Shown: one piece after another, positions 51,759 through 64,000 of the stretch
How positions within the stretch are numbered: the first letter of the stretch is position 1
How the letters are laid out: the number at the start of each line of letters is the position of its first letter
DNA from: Podarcis gaigeae
Lineage: Eukaryota
Length of the DNA: 64,000 bases
Direction: 5' to 3' (one strand)
Assembly: GCA_964106915.2 (NCBI GenBank)
Contig: OZ066918.1
Notes under the pieces: model-generated
Database searches by the model: none
Told to the model about the DNA's origin: nothing
What the model saw: the letters and a program-made list of their open reading frames with translations, nothing else
Made by a program: the position numbers and the translations under genes

Positions 51759-53068
51759 CAGTTTTAGATATATGGCATTCTAGTCAGGGCAGGTATATAA
51801 GGTCCTTTCCATAATTTTTTTTTGGGGGGTCACTTTTTACAGTTACATATTTTAGGAGCCCATCAGATGTGCATGATGTTCAGCTTCAAAATATATTTTA
51901 AAATAAACTATGGCATGTAAATGAGCAGCTTGTGTGTTTTTAAAATCACTCCCCCCCCCTAAAACCAAATATTCCAAACTTTAGTTGGCCTGAGTCATTA
52001 AGCAGAGAAGTATACTACAATAATAAAATTATCAAGCAAGCTTTTGACAAGCAGTCATGTGCTTGTAAATGAAATTTATTTAGGTGCCACTCAAAACATT
52101 GTAATTAAGAGGTACAGAATGTATTACCAGATGGTTCCTGTTCAGTATCTATTTCCTTTGGAGAACAAGGTGATTAGGAGTAAGCACTAACTTGTAATTG
52201 AGCACTAAAATACCCTAAGGGCCTGATCCAGCTCCCATTTTAAGCTACCATGGCAAGTGACCTAAATAAGAAAAAGTATTTCCTTTCAAACTACAGGAAA
52301 CATTTGGATAAATGGGAATGCTGTTTATACTGTACGTGCTGTATTTATACCTTGCATTTTGCTTCTGTCAACTCTATCAACTCTGGATTTCCAGCAGAAA
52401 AATTAAAAAAAAACAAAAACCCGAGATGACTTCACTTCCACTTCTTTTGTATGAACCACATGAAACAAAATAGTTGGCTTCCCCAAAAACAACAGTGATG
52501 GCATAAATAATGTTTTGGGTGTTTAAGACATTTAGGGCAGGAACAACCTGCATCAGAGGAGTAAGTTGCAATGCACTGTAACGGAAGCCTGCTTAAAATT
52601 AAGAAGATTGCTGAGCATTCTTGAAAGTAACTTCTGGGGAAAAGTAAATTTAGGAACATCGAGTATGGAATGGCTCATTCTGTGATGGTGATGTTCTAAA
52701 TCGGGATAGAACAGATCTGGGGTTCCAGTGTGGCCTTCCACAGCTCTTTAACCTGTCCCTTCTGTTTCTCCCCATCCATCGCCATCCCTGCTCCACACTC
52801 TCCTGAAGTGTCACTGTGAATGTGACAATGTCTCTTGCTCTAACCTGAGCAGGGCTTTGAGAGCGGTGTGGGTATTTAAAAATCTTTGAGTAACCTTGCA
52901 GCCTATTCTACAAAAGGTAAGTGTCACATCACTTGCTCTCTTTGCTTTGGCCCTGACCCCCTTTGATTCTGGCTATACTCACCACGGGCATGTATTTCCT
53001 GGAAGGTTGCTGTGGTGTTCATACAGAACCCCCAGTCGTTTCACGGATTATTGACCTGTACACCACTA

Positions 53069-53302
53069 CAGTGGTACCTCGGGTTAAATACTTAATTCGT
53101 TCCAAAGGTCCGTTCTTAACCTGAAACTGTTAAAGCACCACTTTAGCTAATGGGGCCTCCTGCTGCTGCTGCACCGCCGGAGCACGATTTCTGTTCTTAT
53201 CCTGAAGCAAAGTTCTTAACCCGAGGTACTATTTCTGAGTTAGCGGAGTCTCTAACCTGAAGCGTATGTAACCTGAAGCGTATGTAACCCGAGGTACCAC
53301 TG
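53069..53302. mobile_element. Tc1/mariner MITE
   Basis: TIRs CAGTGGTACCTCGGGTTA / TAACCCGAGGTACCACTG; TA TSD. Confidence 0.95.
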
Positions 53303-53314
53303 TACTTTATTTTT

Positions 53315-53745
53315 CCGCTGCCACCAATTTTGAGGAAAAAACCCAGGGTTCCCCAGTGAAGTATTGAGTCTCAGTCAGGTAGAGTTAACAATGAAGATTA
53401 AAGTTTATTTCAAACACAAACAAGTTTTAAAATATATTCAAAAGGCTGTCACTCTATTCCCTCTCAGTCTTGTCCCTGTCTCTAACTCACTCTGACTCCT
53501 CTATCTCCCCCCACAAAAGAACCAACCGAACTGTCAAAACCTCTGGGCTGAGCCTCAAAATCAGGTAGGCTCCGCCTCCAGGCTTTCTTATTGGTCAACC
53601 TATTAACCCTTTTTCTCCCCCAATACAAACGTATCCCCAAAGAATGAGCAAACGCCACAGTTGCCTTAGAAACAACACATTCCTCAGGCTGAAAACACTT
53701 CCACGCCCCTGATTTAAACCCTTGGTCTTCTTGAAGCTGAGGACA
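53315..53745 (-). mobile_element. LTR retrotransposon 5' LTR with primer-binding site
   Basis: Minus strand: CCAAT (~53590), AATAAA (53404-53409), ...CA-AAAT-TGGTGGCAGCGG (53315-53326), complementary to the tRNA-Leu 3' end; LTR 5' end uncertain. Confidence 0.6.
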
Positions 53746-53999
53746 GCATGAAGCCTGAGACATAAAGCTGATGGAAACTGTGGATAATTTATTGGTTTTA
53801 AATATGTATGTTCTGATTTCCTTATAAAAGCTCAACGCATCTACCAGATGAGAACCACAAAATCCAAAGATCCAGAAGACAGGCTCATTTGGGAGTTGGT
53901 GGTCCTTCAGGTCCTCTTGTTCTGAGTCGTATAATGGCAATAGAGGGGGTAAAGGCTGCATCGAGATGGAAAATAGCGTTGTTGCCAATATGCCACCAG

Positions 54000-54257
54000 C
54001 AGTGGTGAAGCTACCTGCTGCGGCACCGGGAGTGGCGTACATCTGGGGGCGTTGCTGGCACGTGTCCCAGGGGGCGTGATGCACACCCCAGGGGGTGTGG
54101 TGTGCTTCATGATGTGTACAGCAAGCGGCACGCGTCCCAGGGCGTGTGCTGAAAGCATCCGGGGGTGCCGGGGGCAGGGATGGCCACAATGTCACCCCCA
54201 GATGTTACCCAGGGCAGACCGCCCCCCTGTCCTCCCCCCCCCCCGCATCTGCCAGTG
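54000..54257. mobile_element. GC-rich non-autonomous hAT-like element
   Basis: Imperfect ends CAGTGGTGAAGC / GCATCTGCCAGTG; 8-mer flanks GCCACCAG / TCCACCGG (6/8 match). Confidence 0.55.
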
Positions 54258-54569
54258 TCCACCGGACCAGAATTAGGCTAAGAAATTTCCTGGCATCCAG
54301 TGAAACTAACGGAGTACAGGACAGAACTTAAAATGGTAAGAACTATCAAAATATGGTTCATACCAGAAAGGTAAGTAAAAACCTTTGCTCATTTTGCTGT
54401 ATTTGGGGCAATAGTTTTTAAGTTCTTCATTATTTTCTTATGGTTGTTTAAATAAGTGTTGTGGTTATTGATATATAATACTGTATTTATTACAGATCAG
54501 CTATTTATGAAATACTGTTTACTAAATATTTGTGATATAGGTGTTGTGGTTATAGATTTGGGCTTCTAA

Positions 54570-54759
54570 ATGGTGTTTCCGTGTGCTCTGGCACTCGTCA
54601 CCATGTTCTGTGCATCAGAAGCGGTTTAGTCATGCTGGCCACATGACCCGGAAAGCTGTATGTGGACAAACGCCAGCTCCCTCAGCCTAAATCAAGATGA
54701 GCACCTATAGTCAAATTCAACTGGACTCAACCGTCAGGGGGTCCTTTACCTTTTTACCC
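54570..54759 (+). mobile_element. 5'-truncated Sauria SINE (variant subfamily)
   Basis: TAGTCATGCTGGCCACATGACCCGGAAAGCTG body and CCTTTACCTTTTTACC tail; 25-bp perfect TSD at 54545-54569 and 54760-54784. Confidence 0.9.
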
Positions 54760-55989
54760 TGTGGTTATAGATTTGGGCTTCTAATTTAGAAAATGTAAAG
54801 AGGCTTGCAAAAGGTAAAATAGGCAGATATTGTTTCGTTAGACCATTAGAACATGGGGCCATCCAGCAGACTTGATTGGCAGCAGCAGGTTTGTTAGAAA
54901 TAAAAGGAAGTACTTTGTCAAGGTAATACATAATTAACTTGGGGGATTCATTGCCAAAGGATGTGGGGATGACCACTAGCATAAATTTAAGAGGACACGG
55001 CGGACTGTAAACTCACCACACACCTTTGACACGTCAGTAGGAGCAAATAGAATGCCACCACTCTATAAAATATTGCTCCACAGTGACTTTGCCACATCAG
55101 CCACCACCTTTCCGCACATCAGAATCCACCCCCCCTCCAAGAAAGTAGAAAACAGGTTTTCACATGTCCACTATGGATCAAAACCTCTTCAGTGTATTTA
55201 CGGTCTGATAAAATACTAATGAGCAACTATTTGTCAGCCGATATGGTTGCTTTATTTTTACTTCAGAGTGGCTAGAAAGCCTAATACTTGTTTTATATCA
55301 GGCACATCTGTATTTAAATAGTTAAAAGGCAGCAGTCAGCAAGAAAATCATCGTTTTGCCTTAAATGCAAGACAGAGGTCTGGATAGCTCAGTGATTTAG
55401 GTAAAAAATCTTTCAGATATATGAATGCATCTCCACACGCCAAAACGTGAATGTCCCTCCTTTTTTATTATTACACAAACTCTGCTATTATGAAGCTTTA
55501 TGATGCCACAAATATTTTTCATTCTGGTTATTTTTAAAGGGTTCACAAGAGTTGGACTTTTGAAAGTGAGATTAAATAATTTAAAGACCACAAATAAAGG
55601 GAGAAAAGATTGTAGTTCATGGGGGGGGAGTTGTTATATGCTTCCCGTATTTTCTGGAAAAGACTGGCATTAGTGCTCAGAGGCAGACAGCTTTGTAGAG
55701 GAAGTCACTACAAGTGGGCACTTTCATGAGCAATATATATTGATCTGGGTTGCATACTGTACTTTGAAAAGTTTGCTCAAAGATGAGGAAGACAAAAGAA
55801 GCCATCCAGAGGCAGCCTTATTGAATTTGCTGGCTTCCAATCAAGCCTCTGAAGGAGGGAGTTCGTTTTCTAATGTGCAAGATTGCATTCCTGTAACTTC
55901 TCAACACACAAGTTCCATTGCACAGGACACATTAAAATGAACCAGAGATGCATGCTATGCAGCAAAACTCATTCATTTCTTTAAGAATT

Positions 55990-56135
55990 GTATTTCTTTC
56001 CCTCAGGGAGGCCAAGTTATGTCATGGTTTTCTCCTCTCCCACAACAATCCTGTGAGGTAAGTTAGGCTCAGAAACGGTGACGATCACCCAGTGAGCTTC
56101 GTGGCTTAGTGGGGATTTGAATCCGGATCTCCCCA
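55990..56135 (-). mobile_element. MIR-like (CORE) SINE
   Basis: CACAACAATCCTGTGAGGTAAGTTAGGCT...ATCACCCAGTGAGCTTC...GGGATTTGAATCC (antisense B-box). Confidence 0.7.
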
Positions 56136-56655
56136 ACCCCAACCCTAGCCCTAACCCCAGTAGGAGTCTCCAGCCTTGAAAGCCCTCTGTATGCATTTGG
56201 GGGGCAGGGGCTTCCCTGACATGTTCTAATTAATCTAAGAAATAAGTGTATTGGGAGTGCAGCTTGCCACCACACTACATGTGTACATTCTCCCAAAATT
56301 GACTCCTGAAAAGTGTAAACGTATCCTCAGATTAAATACACAGGAGTAATTGAAGGGGTGCACTTCCTTCTCACTTACTGCCCCTGCTTAAGTTTGTGAC
56401 ACCTGCCAAAAGACTGATGCTTGTCCCCTCCGGCATAGTATCTGTGACTTTTAAGCATCGTCTGGCAGGCTGACGTTCTACTGGTATAGCTTTTCTGGCC
56501 AAAGAGAGAGATTCATGGGAAATCACTTCACCATGTGGATTTCTGCTTCTCATATAGTGTTAAAAATCCCTGTCTAGGAATGCACCAAAAACACAATTCT
56601 GTGCAAGATTCGTAAAAGAAAAGTTTTCCCTGAAGAAGGCTTTCACACATTCGAA

Positions 56656-56775
56656 CACGACTGGGGAACCTCTGGCTCTCCAGATGTTGCCGGAATACAA
56701 TTCTCATCTGTATGGCCAGGAATAATGGCAACTGTAGTTCAGAAATGTATGGGAGGTCAAAGATTCCCCACACTG
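56656..56775. mobile_element. hAT-type MITE remnant
   Basis: GGGGAACCTCTGGCTCTCCAGATGTTG...GGAGGTCAAAGATTCCCCACACTG inverted ends. Confidence 0.6.
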
Positions 56776-58169
56776 GGCATATTTTTATAAACGAATTGCT
56801 GGCATCAGTTCAGGTTCACTACCACCTCTCTTTTCTCTACCCTTTCAGCTTCTGCTGAATTTTGGTTCTGATTTTCTTTTTCATTTCATCCAGCTGTTAA
56901 AAGTACAACAGCCTTGTTAGGGCAAGGTGGCAACCTTACGAAAACCCTTTGGATTGTGGGCAACATTTTCCCAATCAGAAGTGGAAGAGGAACATTGACT
57001 AAATCCATGAGAGGCTTCTTCATCGAACCTCAAGCTGAGCTGTTTCAAATTAAGCTTAAATTGAACTGTGCCATTTCCCACATAGGAGTACTGGGCAGGT
57101 TTTCTGTCCCTGAGGTGGTTGGCAACTCTGTTGAGAGATAACACACTTCAGATTTCCTTCCTTTCTTTTTGCCTGCTTTGTGGCTGATGCCACAATTGTA
57201 GGTCTCCTTAGTGATTTCTGAAGTTTAAATAAGCTGTATTTGTGACAGTGGGAAACAATTAGGCCCAGCTTTGCAGTCTGGATGAGGGGGGAAATGGCCA
57301 GATTGATCTCCTAGGACCAAAGCAATGAATTTCAGGCTCTCACTGATACCATGTTGATGAGCAGAGAGTATTCAGTATGTTTTGCAAACAAAAATAGCTA
57401 TTTTGAATGCTGCCGTACCCTATCTCCATTCCATCACCGCAACCAAAGCTGTGCTGAAAAATTAAATCCCTCCCTGACATTGCAAATCAAAATCATAATC
57501 TAGAAGTGAAAACACATATATACCCCTTCCTGAAATATTCATCAAGCAGCCTAGCTAGGCCTCAATTAACATCACTTAATTGAATCATCCAAAACTTGGT
57601 CTTTTTGGCACAGTGTTTAGCGCTATGCATTCACTGGAAATAAGAACAAAAAATGAGATGTGCAAGTTGCTTGTGGTTTTAATTATTTTAAGCAATGAAT
57701 TGGGTCAATCAGAAGTATCATTTCTCATTCTCTGCATGTCATTCACTTTACACTGATATGAAGTGTAGCACTTTTCTGAAAATTCATCCCTTCCCCTTTT
57801 TTTAAAAAACAACACCAAGGACATTTCAATTAGTTGTCCTCATTCCATCAAACTAAATTTAGTCCAGACATGTCAGTCTCTGACTTTTAAACTTCCCTGT
57901 TTTTATACAATCTTCAACATCATTTAATAATACTTTTTAATTTTTAAGAAAAAAAGTTAGCTCTTGCAGGAATTCTATACTAAAGTATTAGATAGAACAA
58001 TTTAAATATTTAATAATTAATATTTCCATCATTACACTGTGGTGGCTTCTTTGAAGTAGCCAACAATAAAAAAAATTAAACTGGGATGGATCGGTATCTG
58101 GTTAAATTGTTTTTATTTCATGTAAATCAAACCAGTATTATCCATTTGGGAAGCATTTGGGAGTTCAAA

Positions 58170-58900
58170 TAACCCTTTATCATACCAGAGAGCATTTATA
58201 ATTCACTGAATCTAATAAAGTGAGTACATTTTTGACACTTCTCCCCGTCAAACAGGAAGCCTGAGATTAGGTGCCCCCATATCAAATAATATCACTAGCA
58301 TTTAAAAAATACTTTTTAAGTAGTGCAAACTTTAATTTCGCACCAAATGAGCCTCTTCACGTGGTGAATAATTTTCTTCCCTCTGACACATTTTAATGGC
58401 AATAATTTTGCAAATTGTCAATACATAATCATATCAGCACATGCCTGCTTTACAAATGGCACCTCCAGAGCGCACTAATTAAACAGCCTGCCTCACACCG
58501 TATCATCTTAGTAAACAAATGTAGGGAAATTCTCCCCCAACGCACCCCGCTCTTTCCAAAAACCACTGTGAGTCCTCTCTCTCTCTCTTTCACTCCTGGA
58601 AATCCGTTTGTTAAGCTTCTGTTTCATTTGCCTGCCTTTCAGTTTAAAGCGAGCCGCAGCCACGGCGAACACAATAATGAAAGAGGTCATGGAGCACCAG
58701 TTGTGCATGAAAGATGCGAAAATTTACTGCAAATGAGACAAGAGCAGTAAATTCATTTTTATTCAAATTACTGTCATCATACATTACCACTTCTCCTGTA
58801 AACATTGTGCTTCAGACAGTGTGACAGCATATTATTATTTGTGAGATTATACTATTATTAAGCTATTAACATGTCACCTCCTGCTTGAAACAATGACTCA
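58170..58900. promoter_or_regulatory. putative conserved non-coding element / enhancer
   Basis: Repeat-free, retains CpGs, dense in TAAT/TAATTA, FOX (GTAAACAAA), TGACA (MEIS/TGIF), CACGTG and ETS motifs; inference only. Confidence 0.45.
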
Positions 58901-59904
58901 GCTTGCTACTGCATAATAGGACAAGTTAGGAAGACAAGCTGAGGTGACTGAAAGGTTAGCAGTAAGAAGGCAGGCTGGGCTTAGAATGACAGCTGGCACT
59001 TAAAGGCCAACATTTATTCAAAAGAATCCACATAACTATTGGTTGTTGTAGTTGTTGCTGCTGCTGATATTAAATGCACACACCCAATTCGTTTCCAACA
59101 ACCGCTCCTTTAATTCTCCTTCTCTGAGCCTTATTACACTAATTCTCTAACCATCAATTATTTCGGGGGCGGGCGGGGGGGTAGAGAAAACATTTCTTCA
59201 AAGGCAGAGCCAACCAGGAAACAAATACAGAGACAATGAGCCTAATGGTTTAAAAAGAGAGAGAGGAAGAGAGGAAGAAAACCCAGCCCCAGTCCGATAA
59301 CCGTTCTTTCATTCACAACATATGGCTGCCTAATTGTGAGCTTAATAAAGAGAAGTTCAGCTTTGACCGCTCGGATGCTAGAAATGAGAGATCAACAGGG
59401 CTCGTACCATGCTATTACATGGCCTCTCCTACTTTTGACAGAAAAGCTGTAAGTTGTCCTATAGGTATTATCGCTAGATTCCCCAGGAGGTTGCTAATGA
59501 TTAAAATTTTATGGTTTATAGGCTTCAAAGGCATTTACTGTAGCATTGCCATCCAAAGTTACTGTGGCATGCAGATCACAATGCATCATATGCTCTAATT
59601 TTACCTTGTGTAAGTGCTTGTGACAAATCCCCCCACGATAGCCCTCCTACTTAGTATTCTTTTAAAAACTTCATTTGCTTCAAGGGAATATATGCCTCTC
59701 GTCTAAGAATATGTAGGGGGGGGGAGGGGAGGCCTGGGGTCCAGAAAATGCATGGCACCTGTGGTTTAATTTTGGTCCTGGGCTTCAAAATATTAAAGCT
59801 CAAAATGTGCTTAATGCCCACTGGGTTTAAACAAACAAATAAACATTCTAGGCAATTTTTTTTTCTGGTAGGAAAAACACAGAACTAGAAAACTACCTTA
59901 TCCA

Positions 59905-60030
59905 ATTCAACTTATGGAATGCTCTGCCACAAGGTGTGTTGATGGATCCTGGTTTGGACAACCGAATGGGGATTGTAAAATTTCATAAACACAGAGGGTG
60001 TGCTCAATAGCTGTATGCCATGGTTACTAA
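59905..60030 (+). mobile_element. CR1 ORF2 C-terminal fragment
   Basis: 59909 onward translates NLWNALPQGVLM, matching the CR1 WN.LP..VV motif. Confidence 0.6.
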
Positions 60031-60039
60031 ATTAATTTA

Positions 60040-60230
60040 TTTCATTTATATCCCACCTTTCTTTCAAGGAACCCAGGACAGCATGTGTGGTTCTTTACCC
60101 TTCAGTGTTTATCTTCACATCAACCCTGCAAGGTAGACTAGGCACAGAGGAAGGAGATTGGCCCAAGGTCATCAAATGAGCTTCAGGGCTAAGCAAGGAG
60201 TTGAGCATGGGTCTCTCCAGTCCAAGCCCA
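60040..60230 (-). mobile_element. MIR-like (CORE) SINE
   Basis: ATTTATATCCCACCTTTC...TCACATCAACCCTGCAAGGTAG...GCCCAAGGTCATC. Confidence 0.7.
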
Positions 60231-60290
60231 AGAGATGACTAACCCTTCTTCTTTTTTCGCCCAAGGGTCACTGTCATCCTTGACCAACCC

Positions 60291-60600
60291 TCTGGGTCTG
60301 AACTGGCCTATGACATTTTGCTGCCAGAGGCAAAAGACAAGATGGTTCTCCCCCTGTCTATGATCAGAAGGTGACTGGACTGAGGGCTGACGCAATCGTC
60401 AATACTGGCAACAGGATAACAGCATCTTTCAGAAAACACAAGGGCTGCTAGCTAGTTCAGGGTGTGCAGCACAGGCCACCTGGTGTACCAACTTCTGCCC
60501 TCCAACAGAGAACAGCCAAGGAGGATATACTGCTTCCATCCCTCATCAACTGCCACCTGAGGTAGTTGGCTTACTCTGTCCAATGGCCACACCAGCCCTG
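60291..60600. mobile_element. old hAT-like non-autonomous element
   Basis: 5' GACATTTTGCTGCCAGAGGCAAAAGACAAGATGG and 3' CCTGAGG...ACTCTGTCCAATGG...CCAGCCCTG; related fragments at ~14731 and ~9247. Confidence 0.45.
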
Positions 60601-62854
60601 CTCTGGGGACTGTCTCTCACACAGAGGCAAACATAAACACAACTCCATGAAGTTCAGTTGAGGAGAGGTGTGTATATTATCACCCTCTCTCTACTTGTGA
60701 AATAATCTGACAACCAGAAAGGGGGCAGTTTGAATCCTCATCAGGTTTTACCGCAGCACTGTATCTGCTTCAAGGGTGGGGAACCTCTTTGGCCTGGAGT
60801 GGGGAGCAGATGTTTATCACTTAAAACTTCCAATTGTTCCTCCGTCGCCACATGCGGCAGCTAGGTGTTGCTTGTGGGCCAAATTGAGACCTCTGCTGGG
60901 TCAAATTTGGCTTAGAGGCTAGGAGTTCCTTGCTCTGGTCTGTTTAATTTCTCTTTCTCTCTCTCTCTTTGCTACTGTCGCCACCACAATCAGTGGAGTT
61001 GGGAGGGCAAAACATTTGCTTTGAGGGCTGGATTAAAACTCTAAACAGGGTTAGCCATCCCTGCTGTAACCACTACATGACACTGAAACCTGCCTGTTAA
61101 ACAACAGGACACCTCTTGGGAATAAACCAGGTCTGGAGAAAGCAGTCACATTTGCATCTTGCTTGTGCAGTTCCTGGAGGTGCCCAGCTCACTACTGTTG
61201 GAAAACAGGGTGACTGAATAAATGGATCTGGGCCTGATCCCACAAAATTATTCTTAGATGCTTAGAAAATGTTATTCCAAGCTCACCCTTGGAGCATTTC
61301 TCTTACTGCCAGTGAACCAAAGCTTTATTAGCAAAATATTTTTTCATGTTCGTAAGCTAAATAATTTCAGCCACCTCATTAATACATAGGAGCCTACAGA
61401 CTGCTTTGCTTGTTACCCCACATTTAAAAGGCAGGCCCTAACCTTGCCTTTGTTCTGTAGCCACACTGCTGTGTTTTCACTTGGATTTTTGGCATAGGTC
61501 TGAAAGAAATGATAATAAGATAGAAATGGTTTTATCCAGATGTGGTTTTACATTTATAAGGTTCATTTACAGTGTAATCCTAAACAGATTCCCCTCAGAA
61601 GCAAATCCCAGAAGATTCAATGACACTTCCTAGTAAAATGTGGTTAGGATTGCAATCTATGGGGCTTACACAGGATATAGGATCACAGTTTAAATTATTC
61701 TTTTTGCTGTCTTTAAGAGTTCCACTGAAGCCTGGCTACTTGTTCATGTATTGCTGCCTCTGAGTGTTCGAACACTTTGATTTCCCTTGCTCTTTAAACA
61801 CCATCTCTTTTATTAAGTTTAAACATGTTTATGTAAATAGCTTTCTACCCTTCTTGCTTAGCAGGTGTCTTGTGGGGGGAAATCATTGTGTAAAATCAAG
61901 TAAATACTAAGGGTTTCAATAGCTTTTCTCAAAATTAGTTTGGAAAGTGCCTTGTGAGGTAGAACAAACAGAGAGACATCAGTGTGTTATTAATGATACC
62001 TTTTTAAGCTTGCAAAGGAATAAAAAAGAAAAGAAAAGACAGTCAAACAAGGTTCTAACACCTCAAAGGCTCCCTTCTTTATGTGTTGGATACAATGAAA
62101 GCTACAATCCTTAACTACACTTCTTAGGCTCTGTGCTTAGAAGTGTCATTTTAAGCAATATTCTGGGCTTGAAGAATACATCTTTGATGTCTTGAAAGCT
62201 TGGATAATATGTACTATTTTGTTATCTTTGTCCTTAAACAGCTAAGTAGCTCAGAAATATGCAAATGTGAATAGCCAACAGGTCCCTATTTAAACCTTTT
62301 GCAAAATTATAAACACAATTCTGAAGATGCTGGTGGTACCTACATATGAAAGGAATGTCTGTGAGCCCTGATTGGAGATTTCCCTTCTCTCTCTTGTTTC
62401 ATTATTTCTTTCATCTGTCTTTATTTAGTACAGAATAACAGACACCCATTACAGAAGGACTACATTACTTCTGGGAACTGACCCTCCTTGTAATTGACTC
62501 CCTCTGAAGACTGGAGATACTTCAAAATAGAGCCTAGTGATATATCTGTCCTTTCCTATGTTTCCACAGCTCATCCTGTCTCCAAACGCATAGCTCCGGT
62601 TTCAGTGATACGTCCCAGCTGCTAAAAATGCTGTGGCTCTCTGCCATTGTCAAACAACTCAGTCTAATCTCTCTTTTTATCGCTCATTTCCCCTTATTTA
62701 TACAGGTGCCTGAAATGCATGGGGGCTGAGAGGGATTAAAAATATTACATAATTTGTGACTGTCATTGGCTCTTGAAAACCTGAGCAGGGAACAAGGTAT
62801 GGTCTGAAGGTTTGTGAGGCCACCACCTGGCAGGTCTGCGTTGGGTCAGTGCCT

Positions 62855-62874
62855 GGGTGGGTGGGTGGGTGGGT
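62855..62874 (+). repeat. (GGGT)5, G-quadruplex-forming
   Basis: GGGTGGGTGGGTGGGTGGGT. Confidence 0.85.
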
Positions 62875-63486
62875 GCCTGACTGAGGAACGCCTTGGGATC
62901 CATGACAGAAGAAAGGCAGGATATAAATGTAAGAAAATATTTCTAATCCATTCAGTCCATTCAGCTTTGTCATAATAATCAGTCAGCCTCTGACTCCCTT
63001 TCAGAACAATATTCATATCCAGAGGCTTCCCAGGAGTTGCTGGCATGTATGAAGGAAATCCCCACAGAGGCCATAAACTTGTACTTCTTGCTACCCTCCA
63101 CGCAGCTTGCGACTGTTTTCTCAGGATGGTCCCAGAAATCCCTATAGCAGCAATAATACAGCCTGCCTTTCGCTCTTCCACACAAGGATGTCCCACGCAA
63201 ACTGCAGACTTCACACGAGCTCCCCAAAGTCAAGTGTAAACTACTTTCATCCTAAGCATGTTTACTTAGAAATGTGAACAACTGAGTTCAGTGGAACTTA
63301 CTTCCCAGCCATTGTTGCTTAAGGATAATAGCCTAACTGGCAATCCTGGTGCTCATGATGGGTGTTTTTCCCTGCCTGTTTTGCATCAATGACACACATT
63401 GCACCAAAGCCCATCAATGCAGTTTTGAGGACTTGAAATTCTCCTGGACCTTTTGTTAATTCTGTAAGGATGGGTAGCAGCAATTA

Positions 63487-63728
63487 CAGTGGTAACTCTG
63501 GTTACGTACTTAATTCGTTCCGGGGGTCCGTTCTTAACATGAAACTGTTCTTAACCTGAAGCACCACTTTAGCTAATGGGGCCTCCTGCTGCTGCCACGC
63601 CGCCGGAGCACGATTTCTGTTCTCATCCTGAAGCAAAGTTCTTAACCCGAGGTACTATTTCTGGGTTAGCGGAGTCTGTAACCTGAAGCGTATGTAACCT
63701 GAAGTGTATGTAACCTGAGGTACCACTG
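63487..63728. mobile_element. Tc1/mariner MITE (same family as 53069)
   Basis: CAGTGGTAACTC...GAGGTACCACTG with TA TSD. Confidence 0.93.
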
Positions 63729-64000
63729 TACTGGCTGTGCATTTCATCAACTGCACCTGTTCCAAAGGTCCCAACCCTTTTCAGAATAGAGGTGTCTGCA
63801 CGATCCTTATCTTCAACAATACTTTTCATGGCACTGCCTTTGGCGTTGACTGGATAGGGTGGCATTTTACCCCAGAGTAGACATATTGAAATTAATGGAC
63901 ATAATTTAGCCATATTCATTAATTTGGGTGGGTTTGCTCTGAGTAAAAGTTAGTTGGCTGCCACCCATAATGTTGCAGCATTCCTCCTGATGACTACAGT

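Noticed and set aside
53482-54195. Longest ORF (237 aa, minus strand)
   Set aside because: Spans a hAT-like element, unique DNA and an LTR; no recognisable domain; chimeric chance ORF
60558-60575. let-7-like TGAGGTAGTTGG
   Set aside because: Lies in a transposon end; 3' half does not match let-7 and there is no precursor hairpin
43767-63181. Shared 15-mer CTTTCGCTCTTCCAC at ~43767 and ~63167
   Set aside because: A 15-bp match is expected by chance in 64 kb
62846-63214. 122-aa minus-strand ORF
   Set aside because: No domain recognised; ends in a microsatellite; starts at a non-ATG codon

Overview
Vertebrate (squamate) non-coding DNA, most likely from a lacertid lizard, judged from the Sauria SINEs with the GGTAAAGGGACCCCTGACC tail. 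It reads as an intron or gene desert. I can support no intact protein-coding gene; the ORF track is short chance ORFs, ORFs across N gaps, or repeat-derived ORFs. Mobile elements: four Sauria SINEs (three with target-site duplications), several older tRNA-derived and MIR-like SINEs, six Tc1/mariner (Tigger/pogo-like) MITEs, hAT-type MITEs, three solo LTRs with 5-bp TSDs, an LTR followed by a tRNA-Leu-type PBS, decayed L1 and CR1 fragments, and a head-to-head Penelope-like remnant. The most notable observations are: (1) the Penelope-like palindrome at ~45.75-45.97 kb, carrying two minimal hammerhead-ribozyme motifs, one with an intact core; (2) a 1.13-kb near-perfect duplication (13148-14274 / 26317-27467) whose only visible difference is a 24-bp locally templated insertion; (3) a second 43-bp templated insertion at 28.6 kb; (4) CNE/enhancer-like blocks and a possible promoter/first exon around two assembly gaps at 43 kb. 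I see no convincing evidence of a wholly new biological system. Repeat family names come from my recall of consensus motifs, not from a database search.
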